Shown here in pieces: positions 8,473-18,987 of a DNA stretch of 64,000 nt (position 1 is the first letter of the stretch; every line of letters begins with the position of its first letter). The DNA is taken from assembly GCA_030431975.1 (NCBI GenBank), contig JAUIHP010000001.1, positions 331,597-395,596 of the forward strand, in the 5' to 3' direction. The notes under the pieces are model-generated. The model made no database searches. It was not told where the DNA came from and was given only the letters and a program-made list of their open reading frames with translations. The position numbers and the translations under genes are program-made. Source of the stretch: a bacterium (GTDB lineage: Bacteria; Eisenbacteria; RBG-16-71-46; CAIMUX01).

Positions 8473-9242
8473 TGAAAGCGCCCGTTCGTCGCAACCGCAC
8501 TCCCCCCGGCGATCGTCGCCTCGCCCTTCCAGTCGGTAAACTGCCCGCCGGCTTCCTGGATGATGGGTAGCAGTGGCGCCGAGTCCCAAATGTTCATCAG
8601 CGGATCGATGGCGACCTCGGCCCGGCCGGTTGCGACCAGCGCATAGGCGTAGCAGTCTCCCCAGCCGCGAGTCTTGCCGGAACGCTCCACAAGAGTCGGG
8701 AACGTCGTGGGATCCTGAAACAACGACGCGGAAGTCGTGCAGAGCATCGCGTCCTTCCACTTGGAGACGTCTGAGACCCGGGCGGGTTGCAGCGCCTCCT
8801 TTCTACGACCGACCCATGCGCCGTGTCCGGAGTAGGCGTAGATGACTTCACCCAACGCGGGAAGCGCGAGGATTCCTCCGACGGCGCGGCCGGTCCACTC
8901 GATGCCGACGAGAGTTCCGAAGAGCGGGACGCCGCGGACGAAAGACTCGGTCCCGTCGATAGGGTCCAGGATCCAGCGGAACTCACGGCCGAGTTTCTCG
9001 CCGTACTCCTCTCCGAGAATGCCGTCGTCGGGAAAGCGGGACTCAATGCGTTTGCGGAGCAACTCCTCGGCGCCGCGGTCGGCGACCGTAACGGGAGAGT
9101 CATCTCCCTTCCGGTCGATGACCAGATCCTCTGTTCGGAAATGCGAGAGGATGAGTTCGAAGACGGGGTCCATGAGCTCGAGCCCGAACCGCACGCGTTC
9201 GGCGACGGCCTGTTCGATCGCGTCGTGTTCTCTAGAGGTCAT
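8436..9242 (-). CDS. inositol monophosphatase family protein (IMPase / histidinol-phosphatase HisN-like)
   Basis: 'WILDPIDGTESF' metal-binding motif and 'GWGDCYAYALVATGRAEVAIDP' typical of IMPase fold; 268 aa. Confidence 0.8.
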   Translation of the reverse strand: MTSREHDAIEQAVAERVRFGLELMDPVFELILSHFRTEDLVIDRKGDDSPVTVADRGAEELLRKRIESRFPDDGILGEEYGEKLGREFRWILDPIDGTESFVRGVPLFGTLVGIEWTGRAVGGILALPALGEVIYAYSGHGAWVGRRKEALQPARVSDVSKWKDAMLCTTSASLFQDPTTFPTLVERSGKTRGWGDCYAYALVATGRAEVAIDPLMNIWDSAPLLPIIQEAGGQFTDWKGEATIAGGSAVATNGRFHQEVLGVLQGER

Positions 9243-9274
9243 GCAGGACTCCTCGGTTCATGCCGCTTGGTCCC

Positions 9275-10444
9275 TCACGGCCTCTTCAGGCTGTGCGACT
9301 GAAGCCGCTTGGCCGCTTCTTCCAAGGTCGCGATCTCTTTGCAGAACGCGAATCGCACCAACGACCGCCCTTCGTCCGACTGCGCATAGAACACACTCGG
9401 CGGAACGGCTGCGATTCCGACCGTCTCGACGAGAAAACGACAGAACTCGACGTCATCGTCCCATCCCAGAGACGAGATGTCACCGAGAGCGAAGTAGGTT
9501 CCCTCCGGCGCCTGCGTCTCCATGCCCGCGGCTCGCAACGCGCCCAGCAGGAAGTCGCGACGTTCGCAGTACTCATCGAGATACTGATCGAAGTAGTGGT
9601 GGTCGGCGCCCAAAGCCTGGACCATGGCATGCTGGAACGGAGTGGCGACGGCGAAGGTGGCGTACTGATGAGCCGTGGCCATGGCCCCGATGAGGTCGGC
9701 GGGTCCGGCGGCGTAGCCGATCTTCCAACCGGTCAGAGAGAACGTCTTCCCGGTCGAGTTCAAGCATACGGTGCGTTCCTTCATCCCGGGCAACGTTGCG
9801 ATGCAGACGTGCTCGCCCTCGAAGATCAAACGGTCATAGACCTCGTCGGCCAGACACAGGGCATCGTGCTTACAACATAGCTCAGCTACCTCCCCCAGTT
9901 CGTCCCTCGACAAGACACGGCCGGTGGGATTGTGTGGAGTGTTCACGATGACCAAACGGGTACGGTCGCTGAACGCTGCGCGAAGTTCGGACGAGTCCCA
10001 ACGAAAGTCGGGCCGGTGCAGCGTGACGAAACGTGCCGTCCCTCCGGCAATGCTGGTGCAGGCGCGATAGGAGTCGTAGTAGGGCTCGAAGAGAATGACC
10101 TCGTCACCGGGTTCGACGAGTCCGAGCAGTGCGCAGAGAATACCTTCGGTCGCGCCGCTGAAGACGCAGACCTCGTTCAGCGGGTCGTACACGAGTCCAT
10201 GCCGTTTCTCGTACGACCGCGAAACGGCGTCGACCAACGGAAGCTCTCCGCGGGGCCGGGCGTATTGATTCTTGTCGGCAGCAATGGCTGCGGTCGCAGC
10301 GTCCTTCAGAAAGCTGGGACCGGGAAAGTCCGGAAAGCCTTGCGACAGATTGACGGCGTCATGTTCGAGGGCCAGCTTCGTCATCTCCGCGAAGATCGTG
10401 GTCTCGAAGCCGCGGAAACGTGAGCTGAGCGCCTCTCGGGTCAT
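9275..10444 (-). CDS. PLP-dependent aminotransferase class I/II (YbdL / methionine aminotransferase-like)
   Basis: 'NLSQGFPDF', 'VIVNTPHNPTG', 'SFSKTFSLTGWKIGY' (Lys for PLP) conserved; start ATG 10444 'MTREALSSRF'. Confidence 0.85.
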   Translation of the reverse strand: MTREALSSRFRGFETTIFAEMTKLALEHDAVNLSQGFPDFPGPSFLKDAATAAIAADKNQYARPRGELPLVDAVSRSYEKRHGLVYDPLNEVCVFSGATEGILCALLGLVEPGDEVILFEPYYDSYRACTSIAGGTARFVTLHRPDFRWDSSELRAAFSDRTRLVIVNTPHNPTGRVLSRDELGEVAELCCKHDALCLADEVYDRLIFEGEHVCIATLPGMKERTVCLNSTGKTFSLTGWKIGYAAGPADLIGAMATAHQYATFAVATPFQHAMVQALGADHHYFDQYLDEYCERRDFLLGALRAAGMETQAPEGTYFALGDISSLGWDDDVEFCRFLVETVGIAAVPPSVFYAQSDEGRSLVRFAFCKEIATLEEAAKRLQSHSLKRP

Positions 10445-10463
10445 GAGGTGAGGTACCCCCGGT

Positions 10464-11717
10464 TCACGAACCACCCCCGAACATCCGCTGGATCCGCCCG
10501 AGCAGTCCCCCGCCGGATACGGCCACCGGGGTCCACGCGGGAACCGTTGCCAGAACGCGGTCGTCGACCATGACCTTCACTTCACCGACCCGGTCCCACG
10601 CTTCGAGGGGCGCGGTCAACTCGGGTAAGGGTTCGAACACCGTCTTCAGCAAACGATCGTCGGGACGCGAGACGACGACGGACAAGTCGTGCGCGGCAAC
10701 GGCCTGCAGCGGAACGTCCTTCGATCCGGGCACGGTCATGTCGACCTCGATCTCGTCCCCGCGCTTTGCAATCTTCATCGGAAGATAACTGCCAAAGCCC
10801 AGGCCCAGCAGATCACTCGTCAGTTGAAAGCGCTCGGAGATCTGGTCGCACCCCATGACCACAGAAATGAGGCGCAGCTCGCCCCGCTCCGCGGTGGCGC
10901 AAAGGCAATAGCCGGCCTTGCTGGTGTAGCCGGTTTTGAGTCCGTCCAGGCCGTTGAATCGGCCTACCAGGCGGTTCGTGTTCTCGAGAATGAACTCGCC
11001 GTTGCGGAACGAGGCTTTCGGCGTCGCCGACCAGGCCAAAACCTCTGGGTACTTCACGAGTTCCTGCGCGACCTTGGCGATATCGAACGCGGTTGTCAGG
11101 TTGATCTCGTCCGGATCATCATCCAATCCGTGAACGTTGGCGTAGTGCGTCGACTCCAGCTTGAGAAGTTCCGCCTCGCGGTTCATCAACTCCACGAAAC
11201 CGCGCGGAGTGCCCGCGATGTGCTCGGCGACCGCGACACACGCATCGTTGGCCGAAGCGATGGCGATGGCTTTGAGCATCTCTTCAAGGGTGAAGGTCTC
11301 TCCCTGCTTCAGGTAGACCTGGGATCCCCCCATCGTGCTGGCGTTGCCGGACGCGCGAATCTCTTCGTCCAACTTCAAGCGTCCCGCATCGACCTCGTGC
11401 ATGACGACCAGCTCGAGCATCATCTTGACGATGCTGGCCGGCGGGCGTTGGTCGTGCGCGTTCTTCTCGGCAAGGACGGTGCCGGTCTCGGCGTCGATGA
11501 GGATCGCGGATTGGCAGAGATCGTTTTCCCAGCCGAGCGGTTCTCCGGCGAAAACCCGCGTCATCGCGTTGGGGAGTTCCGGCATTGGCGGCACTTCCGG
11601 GGCGTCATCGCCTCCGCAGCCGGCGGTCATCATGATGAGAACAGAGAGGGTGGACCCCAGGGCCCAACCGGAGACCGACCGGACAAAGGATCGGCGTGCA
11701 TCGAACTGGGGCGGCAT
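10464..11717 (-). CDS. dacA: D-alanyl-D-alanine carboxypeptidase (peptidase S11, PBP5/6-like)
   Basis: SxxK 'ASIVKMM', SxN 'ASANDA', KTG 'LKTGYT'; N-terminal signal/lipobox 'LIMMTAGCGG'. Confidence 0.8.
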   Translation of the reverse strand: MPPQFDARRSFVRSVSGWALGSTLSVLIMMTAGCGGDDAPEVPPMPELPNAMTRVFAGEPLGWENDLCQSAILIDAETGTVLAEKNAHDQRPPASIVKMMLELVVMHEVDAGRLKLDEEIRASGNASTMGGSQVYLKQGETFTLEEMLKAIAIASANDACVAVAEHIAGTPRGFVELMNREAELLKLESTHYANVHGLDDDPDEINLTTAFDIAKVAQELVKYPEVLAWSATPKASFRNGEFILENTNRLVGRFNGLDGLKTGYTSKAGYCLCATAERGELRLISVVMGCDQISERFQLTSDLLGLGFGSYLPMKIAKRGDEIEVDMTVPGSKDVPLQAVAAHDLSVVVSRPDDRLLKTVFEPLPELTAPLEAWDRVGEVKVMVDDRVLATVPAWTPVAVSGGGLLGRIQRMFGGGS

Positions 11718-11930
11718 GGACTCTCCTCTAAGGAAGCGTTTTCGTTTCGCGTCCCGGGGCTGACCACGCCCTTCAGCCAAACCGGGAACCGCCTAACCCA
11801 TTGAAAAACGGCACGATAACAGACCCTCAGACGAAAAGCAATCCACCGCGTGGGCGGGCGATTCCATGACCCAAAGAACTCGTCGAGCCGTTACCATGTC
11901 CCACTCGGACTCAGTCGGAAAGGACACGCG

Positions 11931-12671
11931 TTGTATACCCTCATCATTGCCGCCTCCGTCGCCGTCATCATCAGTCTGGCCTGGGGCCTGAGTGGACTCT
12001 GGGGCGGATTTTGGCTGGGCAGCATCCTCGGTTTCATCCTGATGATCACGATCTCGGCTCTGATCACCCGCCGCATCACCAAGCGAATCGAGCCCGCCCT
12101 GAAGCAGGCGCAAAGACAAGCCGAAGGCCAGCAAGCCAAGCTCGCCATCCAGACGCTGGAGGGCCTTCTTCCTCTGGCCAAGTGGCAGGTCCTCCTGGGA
12201 AGTCAGCTCCATTCGCAGATCGGTTCCATTCAGTTCGCCACCGGCGACGAGGCGAAGGCGGCGGAGTCATTGGAAAAGTCGCACGCACGCATCGGTGAGG
12301 CGCAGATCATTCGCGCTGTGCTTCATTGGCGCAAGAAGGAGCGCGACGAAGCGGTCGCCGTCCTCGAGGATTCGGTCAAACACAACAAAAAGAATATGAT
12401 GATGCAGAACTTCCTGGCATGGATGGAGCAGCAACGCGGACAGGATGAACGAGCCCTCGCCCGTTTGCAGGAAGCGCTCAAGGCCGAGAAGGACGACAAG
12501 ATCACGCGCGAAAACCTGATGCGCGTGCAGAACGGCAAGAAGATCAGCATGAAGGCCTTCGGAATGGCCTGGTACGGCCTCAAGCTCGAGAAGGTTCCTG
12601 GATCGATGCGCCAAGGCCAACCCGCCGGCGGCTTCCGCCCGGGCTTCCGTCAGCCCAAGCGGAGACGTTAG
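11931..12671 (+). CDS. membrane protein with TPR-like C-terminal region
   Basis: TTG 11931 after GGAAAGGA; two TM segments 'LYTLIIAASVAVIISLAWGL...GFWLGSILGFILMITISALI' then helical Ala/Lys/Glu-rich region. Confidence 0.45.
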   Translation: MYTLIIAASVAVIISLAWGLSGLWGGFWLGSILGFILMITISALITRRITKRIEPALKQAQRQAEGQQAKLAIQTLEGLLPLAKWQVLLGSQLHSQIGSIQFATGDEAKAAESLEKSHARIGEAQIIRAVLHWRKKERDEAVAVLEDSVKHNKKNMMMQNFLAWMEQQRGQDERALARLQEALKAEKDDKITRENLMRVQNGKKISMKAFGMAWYGLKLEKVPGSMRQGQPAGGFRPGFRQPKRRR

Positions 12672-12742
12672 CCCGATCTGGGCCCGTTCCCGACTGACGG
12701 CGGTTTTCAGCGACGAACCAGAATCGAGGCCTACTTCGGAGC

Positions 12743-15700
12743 ATGCCGAAGACCGAATCCAAGCTACAACGGCAGTTCGACGACCCGGGGGTTCGCCAAC
12801 GGGGTCATCGGTATTTCTGCGAAGGGCGCGTCCGTCTCAAGGGATTCGATGACGACAGCCTGAACGCGGAAGTCCGCGGGACGCGCACGTATCGAACCCG
12901 GCTCACCCAAGGCAGACGAGGACTCCGCCTTCAGTGCGACTGCCCACACGCGGCCGGGGGCGCAGCCTGCAAGCATCTGTGGGCGACGCTGCTCGAAGTG
13001 CACTCCGATCCTTCGGCCACGGCCTGGCTGGAGGGCATCGTTTCCGTGCCGGATCAGCGATTGCTCGATCGCGCGACGGGTTGGGACGAAGTTGCCGACG
13101 ACGTGGACGATTCCTACGAGGATGAACGCGGCTCGGGCTTCGGCTCAGGCTCAGGCTCAGGTTCAGGCTTCGGCTCGGGCTCGGGCTCGGGCTCAGGCTC
13201 CAACTCCGCCGGATCCCTCTTTGGATCGGGTTCATCGACTTCGGGAGTCGCACCGTGGTCGCCGCGGACTCCTCGGGCGCATACACCCGACTGGGAGATC
13301 TGGCTTCGCTCACTGGACGGACAGCTCCCGCCTACTTCTACGCACGGAACACACCCGTCCACATCTTCGCCTCGGCCCAAGTCAGCCCCGCAACCCATCG
13401 AACTCGGATTCTTCGTCTCGGAGTTCTACGGCGACTCCCTGGTCGGCCTTGAGGTTCGGTCACGCCAACAACGAAAGGACGGCACCTGGGGCGTCTTCCG
13501 CGAAGGCAACCTGAAACGCGAAGACATGGCTCGCATCGAGCCTCCCGACAATGCAGCGGTCCTGGACCGACTGTTGGGTGCACAGGACTGGAGACTTCCG
13601 CAGACCCGAACGCTGAGTAGCCGCTTCGGCCTGGAGCCTGAACTCTTCGCCCAGCTGGGCCCGGAACTCGCCGCCCGGGGATCGCTGTTCGACCCGGAAG
13701 GTGAGCCGTTGCAATGGGACGATGGAGGAACCTGGGTCGTCACCGCGGTCGTCCGGCCCGGCAACGCACCCGGCAAAGACCCCGGCAGCGAGCCGCGCAA
13801 AGGGTCCGGAAGCCGTCCCGGCAACGGGGCGGGCAGCGCCCCTTCCGTCTATGAAACACGTATCCTCGTTCGTCGCGGCGAAGAGTCCGACGACGTTGAG
13901 ATGTTCACTCCACTGACCCACCCGTTTTCGATTCGTGACGGCAAAGTCGTACGGGTCGAAGGTCCGCTCTTCTGGTCGCCGTTGGGTTCTCGCGTCTTGC
14001 GCGTTCCGGCCGAAGATGTCGACACGTTTCTGGAATCCCTCGTCTCCAAAGTCGGTGGCCCGCGTCTCGACGCGCCCGCGGAACTGGAGTGGACGTCGAT
14101 CTCTCCCGAGTTCCAACCGCGACTGGTCCTGATGGGACAGGACGAGGTGCCGCCTCCGTTTCGAAACTCGCAGTCCGACACCGATGACTCCTGGGTCGAC
14201 TACGCCAAGCCGCAAATGTCGGACGACGAACTGGCTGCGCGAGTGGAGTTCGACTACTCGGGCGTGGCCGTTGACTGGCGTTCGAGGACATCGCGTCTGG
14301 TCGACTCGAATCGGCGCACGGTCATCGACCGAAGTCTTGAAGATGAAGCGAGCCGCTTGGCCGAGCTGCGTGGGCACGGCGCGAAAGCCAAGCGATGGGC
14401 TCACGGGCCGTTCTTCACGGTGAAGACGTCCCGACTCCCGGACCTTGTGCAGATGCTGACTCCACTTGGCTGGGACATCCGGGCCAAAGACCAACCGATG
14501 CGCTCACCCGGCTCGATCAAGACGAGCCTTCGCTCCGAGATCGACTGGTTCGAACTGGACGTGCGAGTCGAGTACGCGCAAGGCGTGTTTGCCGACGTCT
14601 CCGACCTGCTGCGAGCCGCCAAGCGCGGCGAACGCACCGTTCAGTTGGGGGACGGAAGCATTGGCCTTCTTCCCGAAGAATGGATGGAGCGAAATGGCTT
14701 CCTGCTCGAATCCGGACAGAAGAAGGAAGAGAGCCTTCGCTTTGAACCGTCGCAGGCCGCGCTTCTGGCCGTGCTTCTGGAACAGCAAACCAACGTCGAC
14801 GTCGACGCCACCTTTGATCGCATCCGCTCAGAGATCGAGTCCTTCCACCGGGTCGAACCGGAGGAAGCCCGAGCCTCGTTCAAAGGCAAGCTTCGCTCAT
14901 ACCAGAGAGAAGCTCTCGGGTGGTTCGGCTTTCTCCGTCGGTTCGACTTCGGCGGATGTCTGGCTGACGACATGGGGCTGGGCAAGACGGTCATGGTCTT
15001 GGCGCTCCTCGATTCCCGCCGGGGAGTCCGCGCGCAGGGCGGCAAAGAGAAACGACCCTCGTTGGTCGTCGTCCCCCGCTCGCTCGTCTTCAACTGGATG
15101 CTGGAGGCGACGAAGTTCGCCCCGAAGTTGCAGGTCTTCGATTTCAGCGGACCCAGCCGCGGCACTCTGGCCAGCGCGATGTCGGCGGACGTGATCATTA
15201 CGACCTACGGCGTACTTCGCCGTGATGTTCTCGACTTCAAGGAGGCCGAGTTCGACTACGCCATCCTCGACGAGTCCCAAGCCATCAAGAACTCCAATAC
15301 CGCCACGGCGCGCGCGGCACGGCTGCTTCAGGCCCGACACCGCCTCGCCATGAGCGGCACACCGATCGAAAACCACCTCGGTGAACTCTGGAGCCTGTTT
15401 GCGTTTCTGAATCCTGGACTTCTCGGCGGCGCCGGAGTCTTCAAACGGTTCTCCAGTCGGACCTCGTTTGCCGATACGGAACAACAGGACGGCACCGTCG
15501 ACATGGTGGCCCGTGCAGTGCGGCCCTTTCTGTTGCGACGCACGAAAGAGCAGGTCGCGACCGAGCTGCCTCCCAAAGAAGAGCAGACGGTGTACTGCGA
15601 CTTGTCGCGAGCCCAGCGCCGATTCTATGACGGGTTGCGTGATCACTACCGGCGTTCGCTTCTGGAGAATCGAAAGAAAACAAAGGAGTCGACGCGACAG

Positions 15701-16297
15701 AATCAGATCGAAGTCCTGGAGGCGCTCCTTCGTCTGCGACAAGCCGCCTGCCATCCCGGGCTTGTCGACTCCGATAAGGCGCCGCAAGAGTCGGCCAAGC
15801 TCGACCTTCTGATGGACCGCCTGCTCGAACTACACTCTGAAGGCCACAAGGCGCTGGTCTTCTCCCAGTTCACCTCCCTGCTCGCTTTGGCAAAGGACCG
15901 TCTGAACGCTCACAACATTCCGTTCGAGTACCTCGACGGTCAGACCCGAAACCGCGCGGAGAAGGTGAAGAGCTTTCAGGAGAGCGACGACATTCGCGTG
16001 TTCCTGATCAGCCTCAAAGCCGGGGGAACCGGACTCAACCTGACGACCGCGAGCTACGTCTTTCTGCTGGATCCGTGGTGGAATCCCGCCGCCGAAGCAC
16101 AGGCCATCGACCGGGCGCACCGCATCGGACAGCAGCGGCCTGTGTTGGCCTGTCGTCTCGTCGCTCGCGATACCGTCGAAGAGCGGATCCTCGAACTGCA
16201 GGAGCGAAAGAGAGATCTCGCAGACTCCATCGTTCGCGCGGAGACTTCGCTTCTTCGTGGGCTCAATGGCGAGGACCTCGAGCTTTTGCTATCGTAG
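12743..16297 (+). CDS. SWIM zinc-finger / SNF2-family helicase (SNF2_N + helicase C)
   Basis: SWIM 'LQCDCPHAAGGAACKHLWATL'; SNF2 motif I 'LADDMGLGKT', 'DESQAIKN', 'LSGTPIENHL', helicase C 'KALVFSQFTS...DPWWNPAAEAQAIDRAHRIGQ'. Confidence 0.85.
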   Translation: MPKTESKLQRQFDDPGVRQRGHRYFCEGRVRLKGFDDDSLNAEVRGTRTYRTRLTQGRRGLRLQCDCPHAAGGAACKHLWATLLEVHSDPSATAWLEGIVSVPDQRLLDRATGWDEVADDVDDSYEDERGSGFGSGSGSGSGFGSGSGSGSGSNSAGSLFGSGSSTSGVAPWSPRTPRAHTPDWEIWLRSLDGQLPPTSTHGTHPSTSSPRPKSAPQPIELGFFVSEFYGDSLVGLEVRSRQQRKDGTWGVFREGNLKREDMARIEPPDNAAVLDRLLGAQDWRLPQTRTLSSRFGLEPELFAQLGPELAARGSLFDPEGEPLQWDDGGTWVVTAVVRPGNAPGKDPGSEPRKGSGSRPGNGAGSAPSVYETRILVRRGEESDDVEMFTPLTHPFSIRDGKVVRVEGPLFWSPLGSRVLRVPAEDVDTFLESLVSKVGGPRLDAPAELEWTSISPEFQPRLVLMGQDEVPPPFRNSQSDTDDSWVDYAKPQMSDDELAARVEFDYSGVAVDWRSRTSRLVDSNRRTVIDRSLEDEASRLAELRGHGAKAKRWAHGPFFTVKTSRLPDLVQMLTPLGWDIRAKDQPMRSPGSIKTSLRSEIDWFELDVRVEYAQGVFADVSDLLRAAKRGERTVQLGDGSIGLLPEEWMERNGFLLESGQKKEESLRFEPSQAALLAVLLEQQTNVDVDATFDRIRSEIESFHRVEPEEARASFKGKLRSYQREALGWFGFLRRFDFGGCLADDMGLGKTVMVLALLDSRRGVRAQGGKEKRPSLVVVPRSLVFNWMLEATKFAPKLQVFDFSGPSRGTLASAMSADVIITTYGVLRRDVLDFKEAEFDYAILDESQAIKNSNTATARAARLLQARHRLAMSGTPIENHLGELWSLFAFLNPGLLGGAGVFKRFSSRTSFADTEQQDGTVDMVARAVRPFLLRRTKEQVATELPPKEEQTVYCDLSRAQRRFYDGLRDHYRRSLLENRKKTKESTRQNQIEVLEALLRLRQAACHPGLVDSDKAPQESAKLDLLMDRLLELHSEGHKALVFSQFTSLLALAKDRLNAHNIPFEYLDGQTRNRAEKVKSFQESDDIRVFLISLKAGGTGLNLTTASYVFLLDPWWNPAAEAQAIDRAHRIGQQRPVLACRLVARDTVEERILELQERKRDLADSIVRAETSLLRGLNGEDLELLLS
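13129..13200 (+). repeat. hexanucleotide tandem repeat (GGCTCR)n encoding (GS/GF)n linker inside SNF2 gene
   Basis: 'ggctcgggcttcggctcaggctcaggctcaggttcaggcttcggctcgggctcgggctcgggctcaggctcc' -> GSGFGSGSGSGSGFGSGSGSGSGS. Confidence 0.9.
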
Positions 16298-16302
16298 AAG
16301 TC

Positions 16303-16338
16303 CCGTCCCTCCAACGGTTCGATCGATCGGAGGGAACT
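16303..16338 (+). terminator. imperfect hairpin downstream of SNF2 helicase gene (candidate terminator)
   Basis: 'tccctcc...cgatcgatcg...ggaggga' inverted repeat directly after stop 16297; no U-tract, so weak. Confidence 0.25.
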
Positions 16339-16531
16339 CATGGAACGCGTCACACTATTCCGGATTCTTCTGGATCCAACCGTAGCGATTCCCCGCGGCA
16401 TCCGATCCGGACGTTCTGGATTCGAGGTGGCGATCCCCGCGGTCACACGACCGGTTCTCATTGACTATCCAAATGCAATGAGTCCACAGTAAAGGTCGGA
16501 TCCCCCTCAATCCGCAGCGGAGGTCGCAACG

Positions 16532-18298
16532 ATGACGTTGGCGTTCCGTGCCACCCTGTCCTTCCCGAAGGTGGCGTTCTCTTCCCGAGTTCTCTCGGCA
16601 ACTTCGTTCCGTGTCACGATTACATCTCTCATCACGGCGACGCTTTCTTCAGCGGCGCTGAACATCGCGCAAGCGCAAAGGGCCGAGCCTGAAGTTCTCT
16701 CCGGAGAATCGATCGGCGGGCAAAGTTTCGCTTTGCAGGACGGCTGGCCGCAGGTGATCGGCGCCGGACGCACTCTCGCAAACGGGGTCGCGTTCTCGGA
16801 TCTGGACGGGGACGGCCGGCTCGAAGTCATCGCCGGTTCGACCAACGGAATACTCGCCGTCTGGGATGCTTCCGGTGAAATGCTGCCCGGCTGGCCACGG
16901 ACACTCGTAGCATCCATTCGCAGCAAACCCGCCATCGTCGATCTCGATGGAGACGGAAGGCAGGAGATCGTCGCCGCGTTCTCGACATTGATCAGCGGGG
17001 GCGTTGCGGCCTTTCACCTCGACGGAAGCCGCGTCGAGGGTTGGCCCCGCACGACCAGTGTCATCGACGGATTCGTTTCGCCAACTGCGCGCGACCTCGA
17101 CCTCGACGGCTCTCCGGAGGTCATCATGCCGGCGAGAGAGAAGCTCTATGTTTGGGACCGGAGCGGAAACCTTCTGCCCGGCTTTCCTGTTGATCCGCCC
17201 GGGGGAACATTGGGAACGGTCGCGGTCGGGGACATCGTCGGCGGACCCGAACCCGAGATCGTTCAGGTCTCGACCGACAAGTTCAACCTCGCCTACGTCT
17301 TCCAGAACGACGGAACGGTCGCTGACGGGTGGCCTGCCTTCGTCGCCGAACGACACGCCTTCGCTGCGCCGGTGATCGCTGATCTGGATGCGGACGGCCG
17401 CAACGAGATTCTAATCAGCTCATACGATCCGGTTGGCAGCCGGGGAATCCTCAGCGGCTTCGAACACACAGGCGAACCGATTCAGGGCTATCCCATCGAG
17501 GTGAACGCTCTCCAGTCCTACGCCACACCCGTCGTGGGTGACATGAACAACGACGGCCATCTCGAAATCCTGCTTCCCATCAAGTACTCGTTCTTCTTCT
17601 CGTTTTGGGCCTTCAGCGCCGACGGTCAGCCCCTTCCCGGCTGGCCGGTCTCCGCGCAGTCCAACCTGGAGGGGTCGGCCATCCTCATCAACCTGGATGA
17701 TGACGACGACCTCGAGACTCTCGTCGCCGACAACTTCACGCCCGGTGACATCTTCGCCTACAACCTGGACGGCACCGAGGTACCCGGCTTTCCCCTGGCC
17801 AAATTCGGCGCCTGCGGCCCCTCCAGCGGAGCGTCCGGCGATATCGACGGTGATGGAGACATCGAGTACGGCATCAACACCGACGGCACCATCGCCATCT
17901 GGGATCTGGATGCGCGCGCCCTTCCGTCGGGTTGGCCAACTGCGTTCCATGACAACTGGAACACCAACGATGCGTCCTTCGTCATCCCCGGAGAGACGGC
18001 ATCGGTTCCCGGAGATGTCGTCGCAGATCGATCTCGGGTTCGCATCCAGTGGGCGCAACCGACAAGTAGAAACTCCGTCACAGTATCGTGGACCGGAACG
18101 AACCGACTTCAGTCGCTGCTCGTCGTCGACGCACGCGGACGGTCCCTAGGCCGTGTGGTTCCGTCGGTGTCCGAGCGAGAGCGCGGTGAGTCGGTATGGA
18201 AGTCGCGGTACGAAACGGTTCCGTCGGGTGTTTACTTCGTCGTTCCGTTCGACAAGGAAGGGGCGGGAACGGCAGAGCGGGTCGTGTTCGTGCGGTGA
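16532..18298 (+). CDS. secreted FG-GAP/VCBS-repeat protein with FlgD-Ig-like (T9SS-type) C-terminal domain
   Basis: Repeated 'DLDGDGR.E' Ca-binding FG-GAP motifs (x6+); C-terminus '...LLVVDARGRSLGRVV...SGVYFVVPFD...ERVVFVR' resembles FlgD_ig/Por_Secre_tail. Confidence 0.7.
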   Translation: MTLAFRATLSFPKVAFSSRVLSATSFRVTITSLITATLSSAALNIAQAQRAEPEVLSGESIGGQSFALQDGWPQVIGAGRTLANGVAFSDLDGDGRLEVIAGSTNGILAVWDASGEMLPGWPRTLVASIRSKPAIVDLDGDGRQEIVAAFSTLISGGVAAFHLDGSRVEGWPRTTSVIDGFVSPTARDLDLDGSPEVIMPAREKLYVWDRSGNLLPGFPVDPPGGTLGTVAVGDIVGGPEPEIVQVSTDKFNLAYVFQNDGTVADGWPAFVAERHAFAAPVIADLDADGRNEILISSYDPVGSRGILSGFEHTGEPIQGYPIEVNALQSYATPVVGDMNNDGHLEILLPIKYSFFFSFWAFSADGQPLPGWPVSAQSNLEGSAILINLDDDDDLETLVADNFTPGDIFAYNLDGTEVPGFPLAKFGACGPSSGASGDIDGDGDIEYGINTDGTIAIWDLDARALPSGWPTAFHDNWNTNDASFVIPGETASVPGDVVADRSRVRIQWAQPTSRNSVTVSWTGTNRLQSLLVVDARGRSLGRVVPSVSERERGESVWKSRYETVPSGVYFVVPFDKEGAGTAERVVFVR

Positions 18299-18327
18299 GC
18301 CGGCCTCGCGGAAGCGGAACGGCCTCG

Positions 18328-18735
18328 CTACCACCGGAATCGGGCCGCCATCTCCAGGCCACTCTCCGATCGGAACCGCGGGACGAGTGCAACGTCGAGC
18401 TTCCTGCCATCGGGGAGATCGTACGCGTAACCGATGATGTGGTACGTCGAGACAAAACCGACGAGCACGGCCACCGGAACGGCCATCTCACCCTCGTCGG
18501 ACAGGCCGAGATAGAGGCCCGCGCCAAGCCCGGCGATTCCAAGCGGCAGGTCGGGACCGTTCTCCACCGCCAGAACCACGTTGGCAAAGGCAAGCCCGCC
18601 GGCGATAGCTCCCGCCATGGGCTTTTCGAACATCGGCTTCTTGTCTGATCCGATGAAGGAATCCACCGCAGAGCCGCGAGCCTCGAGTGGGCCCAAGACG
18701 AGGAACAGCAACGCGGCGAGAACAAAGAGCTTCAT
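18328..18735 (-). CDS. small secreted/outer-membrane hypothetical protein
   Basis: ATG 18735 preceded by GGGAGG; 'MKLFVLAALLFLVLGPLEARG' signal; Gly/Ala-rich; C-terminal aromatic 'RFRW'. Confidence 0.45.
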   Translation of the reverse strand: MKLFVLAALLFLVLGPLEARGSAVDSFIGSDKKPMFEKPMAGAIAGGLAFANVVLAVENGPDLPLGIAGLGAGLYLGLSDEGEMAVPVAVLVGFVSTYHIIGYAYDLPDGRKLDVALVPRFRSESGLEMAARFRW

Positions 18736-18987
18736 GGAAACGCCTCCCGACAGAAACAACTCCCGATAGAAACAACTCCCGCGAGACCGAGCCGCCGCGA
18801 TCTGCAACCTACACCCGAGACTGAGCGTGCCCCACACGTGTGTTACTATAACAGACAGGGAGAAGACGGCGGCTGGATCTCCAGATCGGCTTCGCTGCCA
18901 GAACGCCTCTGATTGGGCATCCGTTTGCCAAACCCCGCGCCTTGTTCTGCTATCAGGAGTTTGCGTCCTTGGGAGGAACTTCGCGCC

